Source: Lingula anatina
Lineage: Eukaryota > Animalia > Brachiopoda
Assembly (NCBI GenBank): GCA_051362555.1
Contig: CM120640.1
Location: 32,507,967 to 32,571,966 of the forward strand
Length of the DNA stretch: 64,000 bases
Direction: 5' to 3'
Shown: positions 15,001-25,095 of the stretch, piece by piece
How positions within the stretch are numbered: position 1 is the first letter of the stretch
How the letters are laid out: every line of letters starts with the position of its first letter
Program-made: the position numbers and the translations under genes
The notes under the pieces: model-generated
Told to the model about the DNA's origin: nothing
Databases searched by the model: none
Seen by the model: the letters and a program-made list of their open reading frames with translations, nothing else

Positions 15001-18000
15001 TAACCTTAACTTGGATCTAAGAGTGAAGTACATGTCAGGGCGGGGTCGTTCATCATCTTCTTTGTTCTGTAAAAAGAAATGAAAAAAAAAATTAGATTTT
15101 TTCAATTTACCCATCCCACCACAACAAAAAAATTAAATTTACTAACCTTAACTTGGATCTAAGAGTGAAGTACATGTCAGGGCGGGGTCGTTCATCATCT
15201 TCTTTGTTCTGTAAAAAGAAATGAAAAAAAAAATTAGATTTTTTCAATTTACCCATCCCACCACAACAAAAAAATCAAATTTACTAACCTTAGCTTGGAT
15301 CCAAGAGTGAATTCCATGTCCAGGCGGGGTCACTTATCATCTTCTATGTCCTGTAAAAAGAAATAAAAAACAAGATTAGATGTTTTCAATTTACCCATCC
15401 TACCAGCCCAAAAAAATCAAATTTACTAACCTTAACTAGGATCCAAGAGTGAAGTCCATGTCCGGGCGGGGTCGTTCATCATCTTCTTTTTCCTGTAAAA
15501 AGAAATGAAAAAGAAGATTAGATTTTTTCAATTTACCCATCCCACCACACCAAAAAAATCAAATTTACTAACCTTAGCTTGGATCCAAGAGTGAACTTCA
15601 TGTCCAGGTGGGGTCACTCATAATCTTCTTTATCCTGTAAAAAGAAATAAAAACCAAGATTAGATTTTTTCAATTTACTCAACCCACCACACCAAATAAA
15701 TCAAATTTACTAACCTTAACTTGGATCCAATAGTGAAGTCCTTATCCAGGGGGGGTCGCTAATCATCTTCTATGTCCTGTAAAAAGAAACAAAAAACAAG
15801 ATTAGATTTTTTCAATTCACCCATCCCACCACCCCCAAAAATTAAAATTTACTAACCTTAGCTTGGATCCAAGAGTGAAGTACATGTCCGGGCGAGGTCG
15901 CTCATCACCTTCTTTGTCCTGTAAAAAGAAATGAAAAACAAGATTAGATTTTTTCAATTTACCCATCCTAGCATCCCAAAAAAATCAAATTTACTAACCT
16001 TAACTTGGATCCAAGAGTGAAGTCCACGTCCAGGCTGGATAGCTCATCATCTTCTTTGTCTGTAAAAAGAAATAAAAACAAAATAAGATTTTTTCAATTT
16101 AACCCATCCTAGCATCCCAGAAAAATGAAATTTACTAACCTTAGCTTGGATCCAAGTCTGAAGTCCATGACCAGGCTGGATCCCTCATCATCTTCTTTGT
16201 CTGTAAAAAGAAATAAAAACCAAGATAAGATTTTTTCAATTTACTCAACCCACCACACCAATTAAATCAAATTTACTAACCTTAACTTGGATCCAAGAGT
16301 GAAGTCCATGTCTGGGCGGGGTCGTTCATCATCTTCTTTCTCCTGTAAAAAGAAATGAAAAAGAAGATTAGATTTTTTCAATTTACCCATCCCACCACAC
16401 CAAAAAAATCAAATTTACTAACCTTAACTTGGATCCAAGAGTGAAGTCCTTGTTCAGGCGGGGTCACTTATCATCTTCTTTATCCTATAAAAAGAAATAA
16501 AAACCAAGATTAGATTTTTTTTAATTTACCCATCCCGCCACCCCCAAAAATTAAAATTTACTAACCTTAGCTTGGATCCAAGAGTGAAGTCCATGTGCTG
16601 GCGGGGTCGTTCATCATCTTCTTTGTCCTGTAAAAAGAAATGAAAAACAAGATAAGATTTTTTCAATTAACCCATCCCACCACCCCAAAAAATTAAAATT
16701 TACTAACCTTAGCTTGGATCCAAGACTGAAGTCCTTGTCCAGGTGGGGTCGCTCATCATATTCTTTGTCTGTAAAAAAAAATAAAAACAAGATTAGATTT
16801 TTTCAATTTACCCATCCCAAAACCCCAAAAAATCAAATTTACTAACCTTAGCTTGGATCCAAGAGTAAAGTCCATGTCCGGGCGAGGTCGCTCATCATCT
16901 TCTTTGTCCTGTAAAAAGAAATGAAAAACAAGATTAGATGTTTTCAATTTACCCATCCTACCAGCCCAAAAAAATCAAATTTACTAACCTTAACTTGGAT
17001 CCAAGAGTGAAGTCCATGTCCAGGCTGGGTTGTTCATCATCTTCTTTGTCCTGTAAAAAGAAATAAAAACAAGATTAGATTTTTTCGATTTACCCATCCC
17101 AAACCCCAAAAAATCAAATTTACTAACCTTAGCTTGGATACATGAGTGAAGTCCATGTCCGGGCGAGGTCGCTCATCTTCTTCTTTGTCCTGTAAAAAGA
17201 AATGAAAAACAAGATTAGATTTTTTCAATGTACCCATCCAAAAAAAACAAAAAAATGAAATGTACTAACCTTAGCTTGGATCCAAGTGTGAAGTCCATGT
17301 CCAGGCGGGGTTGCTCATCATATTCTTTGTCTGTAGAAAGAAATAAAAACAAGATTAGATTTTTTCAATTTATCCATCCCAACTCACCAAAAAAATCAAA
17401 TTTACTAACCTTAGCTTGGATCCAAGTGTGAAGTTCATGTCCAGGCAGGGTCACTTATCATCTTCTTTATCCTGTAAAAAGAAATAAAAACCAAGATTAG
17501 ATTTTTTCAATTTACACATCCCACCACCCCCAAAAATTAAAATTTACTAACCTTAGCTTGGATACAAGAGTGAAGTCCATGGCCGTGCGGGGTTGTTCAT
17601 CATCTTCTTTGTCCTGTAAAAAGAAATGAAAAAGAAGATTAGATTTTTTCAATTAATCCATCCCACCACCCCAAAAAATTAAAATTTACCAACCTTAGCT
17701 TGGATCCAAGAGCGAAGTCCATGTCTGGGCTGGGTCGCTCATCGTCTTCTTTGTCCTGTAAAAAGAATTGAAAAAACAAGATAAGATTTTTTCAATTTAC
17801 CCATCCTAGCATCCCCAAAAAATCAAATTTACTAACCTTAACTTGGATCCAAGACTGAAGTCCTTGTCCAGGTGGGGTCGCTCATCATATTCTTTGTCTG
17901 TAAAAAAAAATAAAAACAAGATTAGATTTTTTCAATTAACCCATCCCAACACCCCAAAAAAATCAAATTTACCAACCTTAGCTTGGATCCAAGAGTGAAG

Positions 18001-18700
18001 TCTATATCTGGGCGGGGTCGCTCATCATCTTCTTTGTCCTGTAAAAAGAAATGAAAAACAAAATTAAATTTTTTCAATTTACCCATCCCACCACACCAAA
18101 AAAATCAAATTTACTAACCTTAGCTTGAATCCAAGAGTGAAGTCCATGTCCGGGCGGGGACGTTCATCATCTTCTTTGTCCTGTAAAAAGAAATGAAAAA
18201 CAAGATGAGATGTTTTCAATTTACCCATCCTACCAGCCCAAAAAAATAAAATTTACTAACCTTAACTTGGATCCAAGAGTGAAGTCCATGTCAGGGCGGG
18301 GTCGTTCATTATCTTCTTTGTCTTGTAAAAAGAAATGAAAAAGAAGATAAGATTTTTTCAATTTCCCATCCCACCACCCCAAAAAAATCAAATTTACCAA
18401 CCTTAGCTTGGATCTAATGTGTGAAGTCCATATTCGGGCGGGGTCGCTCATCATCTTCTTTGTCCTGTAAAAAGAAATGAAAAACAAGATTGGATTTTTT
18501 CAATTTACCCATCCCACCACAACAAAAAAATCAAATTTACTAACCTTAGCTTGGATCCAAGAGTGAAGTCCATGTCTGGGCGGGGTAGCTCATCATCTTC
18601 TATGTCCTGTAAAAAGAAATGACAAACAAGATTAGATTTTTTCAATTAACACATCCCACCACCCAAAAATAAAATAATAAATAAATAAAATTTACTAATC
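1..18700. repeat. Tandem satellite-like array, ~141-142 bp monomer, about 130 copies, open at the left window edge
   Basis: Recurring unit AAATCAAATTTACTAACCTTAGCTTGGATCCAAGAGTGAAGTCCATGTCYGGGCGGGGTCGCTCATCATCTTCTTTGTCCTGTAAAAAGAAATGAAAAACAAGATTAGATTTTTTCAATTTACCCATCCCACCACACCAAAA. Most copies carry a BamHI site inside the 12-bp palindrome CTTGGATCCAAG. A degenerate final unit runs to ~18790. Confidence 0.98.
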
Positions 18701-18789
18701 TTGAATTCTTGATACGGAAACTAGTCAATGTCTGTATTTTGTCGATCAGGAGATTAGATTTTTTTCAATTTACAACCCCCCCCCCTTCC

Positions 18790-20069
18790 AAAAAAAAACT
18801 ATATAATTTCCAGAACGTTTAACCAATAAGACAGGTTTTTCAACTGAAGGTATGTTTAAGTCCTATGCTACTTTTCTTTGTTTGAGTTCTTAAAGTTGGA
18901 GATGTGAAAGTAAGATGGTTTTCCTTTAATGGTCACTGTGGAGGCAGTGCCAAAACAGGGATGTCTTCAGTTTTGATGCAATATTACATAATGCTTAACA
19001 GAATAATGACCATCAAGTTTTAATAACAAAATAAAAGTATAATGGACATTTAACAAATGTGACATGGAAAGGTCTTCAAGGTCATGGAAGTTCAGAGTCA
19101 CACCCTCAAAATACCGAAATACAAACGAGAGATAACTGTACTGAAACGATTTTCTTTCCAATTTCAACACCTTTTTTTACATAAAACAAAATGAGCAATT
19201 TACTGTCATTTTGAAATGATCAACTAAGAAAATTGTTGACATAGGAAAAATATCAATAGAACAATTTCAAATGTCCTATTTGCTCCATTCTGAGATTCTG
19301 AACATAGTGAATGATTGAATCTGACAAACTGTAAAGAAACTTTATTACACAATACACAATAACAGGTTTACCATCATTTTTATATAATCAACTAACAATC
19401 TTGTTAAGATGCAGAAAATGTCAAAAGAACACCTTTACATATCTAATTGGTTAAAAAAATGAGACTGTTAACATGCTAAAGATTTAAATCTGAGGAAAAA
19501 ACACTTATATACAAAAACAAGGCATAACTTCAACAAAACCTAACCAATCAAGCTTATTTCCGAACTAAATCTGTATTTCAGTAAGACTGATCACTCCTGT
19601 GAATTTCCAGACAATTGGCCAATTGATTTTCCTTGAAATGTGTTATCGGTGGTGCATATATGGTGAAAAAAGTTTTTAAAAAAGAATAGCTTTTATATAA
19701 ATGGCCTGTTCATGCCAATTTTCTAACTTGACCTGTGTACTATGAATATTCAACAGTTCTGTAAGTTTCAATCCAAATGTAAAAATGGTTTTCCACATAT
19801 CGTGTTATCGGTGTTGCATATATGTTGGAAAAAAGTGAAAAAAGCAGTATAACTTTTATAAAAATGACCCGATCATGCTGATTTTCAAACTTGACCTGCG
19901 TATTATGAATGTTCATCAGTTCTGTATGTTTCAAGCCAAAAGGTAAAAAGGTTTTCCACTTATAGTGTTATCGGTGAAAGTGCACGGCAACGACAGCGAC
20001 GACGGAGACGACAGACGCAGGTGAAGGGTAGGCCTATATGTACAGACGAATGTGTCTGAACATAAAAAC
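18790..20069 (+). mobile_element. Non-autonomous Helentron/HINE-like element, family X, 3' portion abutting the satellite
   Basis: Collinear similarity to ~40300-41410 and ~43270-44150. Internal ~150 bp repeats, GACGACAGACG microsatellite, terminal hairpin TATGTACAGAC...GTCTGAACATA followed by an A run. Confidence 0.7.
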
Positions 20070-20319
20070 AATACACAAAAGGGAAAAACACTCACTCACA
20101 TTTGAGAGAAAATGCACATCAGCCTTAGAAGAGAAACACGACAACCAAACAAGCGTGACCTAAATAGGACATATGAAGGTTTTGTTCTAGCCTCGAAGGG
20201 CATTCAACTTTCAAGAACGACCTAGAAACATGGGCGTAAGAGGAATATGACAGAAATGAAAAGAGAGTATGACAAGGTGGCACTAACCCATCTCCAGTAG
20301 CTTGGATTTCAATCCATTT

Positions 20320-20830
20320 TCGATTAATTTTTCTGCGGCGGTTATTCGAGGTCCGAGCTAAGAGCTGAGTGTTATTTGTACATGTACATTTCCCAGAGCG
20401 AAGAGTTCGCACGGATTGAAGGGTCGAATTCACAGAAGCACACCATGGAGAAAATACGAAGCATTCGTTGTTTTGTACTAGTAAAGAAACTATCCTCAGG
20501 TGCGATGCATTGGCGTTGGATCACATGAAATTTGAAGGCGGTTGCCCGAAGAAAATCGCTCTCACTTCGCGTCCTATGTACTCCTCTGGAGTGAAACGCA
20601 ACATGTCTATCCCGCTTCACAATTGCCCGCTCTTAGACTTCCAATCTCAGATTGTTGGCTGGGGGCGTTGCTGTCGTCAGCATCCTGTCAGTTTGAACGA
20701 GGGGGTGTCGTATGAGAATGAAACCCAAATTTTATTATTGCATTGTGTATACACCTACGTTTGAAATGCATTCAGCGTTTTCATACCTAAACTCTTTTGT
20801 TTAAACAGAAAAAAAACGCGCATTAACCTC
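20320..20830. promoter_or_regulatory. CpG-enriched putative promoter/first-exon region not assignable to any coding gene in the window
   Basis: Visible rise in CpG and GC against the flanks; CCAAT/ATTGG at ~20509 and 20641; lies directly upstream of minus-strand splice donors at 20287 and 20099. Confidence 0.45.
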
Positions 20831-23800
20831 GGAGGGAAGAATTAATGTACGGCTGTAATAGTTTTTGGAGGGAAACCACGCATGCCTCTCCCCCAATTAT
20901 TATTGACAGTGTCTTTGCATCTTGTTGACATGATATCAACCTGAAGTTTATAAACCTGCCCAAGGCCATCATTGGACGACCTTGTCCGCTTACACTGGAA
21001 CACTTATTCACAATATACACTGATCCACAATGCACTTTGAAGAAACTTTCATTTCATTTCTTGTTTCACAGATGATGATAATAAAGATAAAGTGATAATA
21101 CTTTTTTGCTATAAATATTTATGTGGAGTTGTCAAGTTTTTTGGTAGCATTAATTTTCCAAGGAGAAAGGATAACGAAAGGATAATAAGCTTGGTGTGAT
21201 TTAATGTTTTAGTTACTTTTTACATTTGCTTAAATATTTTAACTACTTCTTATATTTGCTTGAAAGAAGATGGCATGCAGGGCTCCATAGTCCCCCTTTT
21301 CACTGTTTAGAACTGGCATGGTTTAAAAAAACTTTCGTGTGTGCGTGTGTGTGTGTGGGGGGGGGGGGGGGGGGGGGGAGGGAGTTACCTCCCTCAGCTC
21401 CTGTGATCTTTTATGTTCTTTAATTACCAAAATTAACAGGTCTGTAGACGGAAAGGGGGGGGGGGGCGAACCCCAGAAGAAGTTTGTTTGGTTGTTTGCT
21501 CAGGGCAGCATATGACCTACGTACACGGAGGTTTCATGGTAAGAGGTCAACTTTTAGGGGAAAAAAAACGTCATGTTTTGATAATCTACATCTACTACAA
21601 TTAACCAAATGGTCTTTTATTTAAAAAAAGATTAACAAAAAGCATACAACCATATAATGAAGAGGACATAATCAGACTGGGTCTCTAATAACTAAAATGA
21701 AAAAGTATACTTTTAGCTGAAGATGGAGTTAAACAATCTGCCTCAACGGGTTCTGGGGTTGGGGTGAGAAGTAAATATTGTCATTTACACGAAAACAGCC
21801 CTCTCTCCGTCTCTCTCTCTATATAGATACATATGACCTTTTATGTAGATAGATAATATAGAATCCTTAATTGTGTTTGGACTTTGCTGAGGACTTTTAT
21901 TAAGACGACTGCCAGAATGTTTAAAGCACAATTCTCTGATGCTGTCATGTTTTTCTGTGAACAGAGTGTGATAAAAATATTATCGAGACAAGAAACACTG
22001 TTGGTAAATATTGCACATTTTTTTATTTTGACTAGCACATTAGTGGCATTAATGTGTATACAGTACAAGATATCAGATTGTCAGATGTGCAAGCAAATGG
22101 CTTGGTGAAGTAAACAGTACACCTCTTATACAAGACTGTTAACATAATAATTGCTACCAGGCAAGTTAACAATGCAAAATGTTACTTAAATGTATTCAAA
22201 ACATGCTACAAAACTTAAAAATACTATGCAAAATAATGTTACCAAAGTGAACAAATAATGATAAATACATAACAAAAATATGCACTATATCTTTCGGATA
22301 AACATTTTTACAGATTGCTTCTCCATTATCTCAGTGCTTCAGACAGTCTGTACGGACCTGCATGATACCAGCAGATATTTTACTGTCACTGCATGTGCCA
22401 ATGATATGTGCCCCCATCAAACCACGCATGAGACTTTCACATAGTAAAGTATTATTTGCCTGGAAATTTCAACACCCTTCTTCACCAAGGCAGACCATAT
22501 CCCCAACTGGCCATAGAATTCAGGTTTAGTAACACTAGGTTGCATGTTTCTAGTTTTTGAGTCTTCAGGTAATGAAAATGCAGACTGGTCATTTGTCACT
22601 TTTGACAGTAAAAGTTTGAAATTTTAAAGTCGAAAAGAAGTTCATAAATTGTAATTTTTTCAATGGCTATGGATAGTGTATACCTTGGTAGACTAAAAGT
22701 GCTGAAATTTCCCCAAAATAATCTTTTTCCCCTTGTATATAAAGGTCTAATTGGCACTGTACGCCTTAAACTGGGTTGAACCCAATACTGATTTTCTCAA
22801 ACTAACTGCCTCTCCAACATCTGGCATTCGGCTATATAAATACAAACTTACATTAACATGTTGCCTATCAAATGAAATTAATTTGCAAATTCCAATTACT
22901 TTTTTTCTCCACAAAATACAGATTTGATCTCTGCAAAACCTTCTGCAGTACATTTTGTGTCATTATAGTTACAAACCAGCATATAAAGTTTTTTAATTTT
23001 TGCCATCTTGATCTTAGTCAACAAGAAAAAATAAACAAGTGCAAAAACAAATAATATACAAAATATAAACTCACCTTCCTTTGAAAAAAAATTTAAATAA
23101 AGATGTCCAAATATGCAACAAATGATTACATGAAACACTTCAAACACAATTGACACTAAAATGTAAGATATAAGATTTTTAATAGTCTTACTATCTTCAT
23201 CAACAAATTGGTTAATAGTATGCTGTGAAATCACACAACATTGAATCAAGTGTATTTTACTCTACTACATGTCAGCACATTCTATGCAAGGGAGATACAT
23301 GCTTGAAGAAAAATGGAAATCGTGAGCAGTAGTATTTAGGTTAATAGCAAAAAGGTTTAACCTTTATTGGTCTGTGTTGTATTTAACCATGTTTATTGTG
23401 TAGTAATGATCAGGTCATAAATTTCTAATGTTATGTCATCAGTTAAACCTTAAATCTTCTGTCAACGATTTCTTTTATATAACATTATCCTAACAGCCAT
23501 ACTTTTATGTTGGCAATAATTTAATACTTACATTTTTAATACAATCAAATATTCATTATGACAACAGAGTTAAATATTACTTATAATGCTTATAATATCC
23601 AATAAAAAGTACTGAGCACCTATAATGTCATGTTGTAACAGATTTGCTTCAAATCTCTGATCAGTTTTTCAAAATAAGTCTCAATGCATGCTAAAATGCT
23701 GTGGTAAGAAGTGTATTTAATGGAATCTCTTCAAAAGGACAACAATTACCCTTAGTTGTCTTTCATTGGTAATTTTGATCCATTTCATAAAACCCCATCA

Positions 23801-23840
23801 AGGCTTAATCACTGTGATGTGGTGATTCAAGTTTCCATTC

Positions 23841-25052
23841 TCACAATCTGGTGTTGCTGCTTTGTTCAGCAACATTGGATGCTTGGTCCTCTGTGACAGG
23901 ATTTGGGTCAATCTGTAAAATGAACGGATCCCAACAGTGGTTATAACTTGAACAGCAACCAAACCGAAAAAAAAAGAGAGAAAATGTTGGCGACAATTAA
24001 AGCCTTAGAAGTTGTTAGTGCATATAAGCCTTTTTAAACAAGGGATAAACAGCACAAGGAACAGTTAAACAGACCACAGCCAGAGGTTGAAAAGTAGTGA
24101 GGAAAACGTCCATTATCACTACATCCCTGACCCTGAACTGGTATCTTATCTCTGATCCTCAAATGTGCACTCAATAAGTATTGAGAAGTTCTGAAAATTT
24201 TTTAAAGCCCTTAAAATCACTGACTCTAAAATTACTGAATTAAAAATATATCCATGCAGCACAAAAGCAACCTCTTGTGAGAAGAATTTATCACGGTCTG
24301 ATATGAAAAAATGACTTAAATTCACAGAGTGAAAACTGGTACATAACCAATGGTGCCTCTCTTAACTGTCATAAAAATTATACAAATTGCCATAGTCACC
24401 TCAGAGTAGGCTGGTGGTGGTCTGTATCTGTACCCATAGACATATGTATACATAGGTGTGTATGTCCAGTCCCCCATGTTGACCCCTCTATTGTCATCGT
24501 CATCTTCATCTCTGATGTCCACTGCACCGCTGTATGTCTCGGCATATGTAGGTGGAGCTGAATATAACACCCAGAATATCAGCTATGGAAAACCATTTCA
24601 TTATTGTGCATTTCTAAATGTGAAATCATTTAAATTTAAAGGTATCCTATCCAATATCTTCCTGCCAAATTGCATTTTTCTAATATAAGAAAAAAGTCAT
24701 TTACTCAGACTCATGAATCATTGCTCAACCAATTTCTGGACTGGGATCCTGATAGAATAACTCAAAAGTTATGATCTGATTTCAGTTTTACATTCAGCAT
24801 TTTTAAAAACATTTTATTTTCCATAAAATGATGAAATCTGCTGAATAGCTTTAACCAATTTCTCCCTTTTTATACTCAAAAAAATTAATGATAAATATCA
24901 ATTTTAGACACTGTAAAAACTAAAAATTCTGAAAATGTAGCCTGCAAATTTTCATCGCATTTAGACTATATGAAAAAAAAAAGATCAAAATGAAGACTGA
25001 ATATCCTGAAATCAGGCATAATCCTGAAAACATTTACCTATGGATTTAGATA

Positions 25053-25095
<43 letters not shown>

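Larger units (their letters stand above)
1..20360 (-). ncRNA. Hypothetical multi-exon non-coding transcript or 5' UTR: two leader exons followed by repeated 61-62 nt exons in the array
   Basis: Minus-strand donor GG|GTTAGT at 20288/20287; 24-nt exon 20123-20100 (TTCTCTTCTAAG| ... |GTGAGT); each monomer has TTTTTACAG| ... AG|GTTAGT (e.g. exon 81-20, intron 162-82). No transcript evidence; inferred from splice signals only. Confidence 0.4.

Noticed and set aside
583-18487. Repeated short ORFs in the array (MGKLKKSNLVFHFFLQDKEDDERPRPDMDF...) as a protein family
   Set aside because: They read through the repeat unit including the intron-like part, and frames break at homopolymer indels and stops.
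1-18700. CRISPR-like array or Dscam-style mutually exclusive coding exons
   Set aside because: Variable parts are point variants of one sequence, not unique spacers, and the context is eukaryotic. Exon length alternates 61/62 nt and stops occur in the only open frame.
20125-21035. Overlapping ORFs of 70-102 aa
   Set aside because: No recognisable domain, mostly non-ATG starts; explained by higher local GC.
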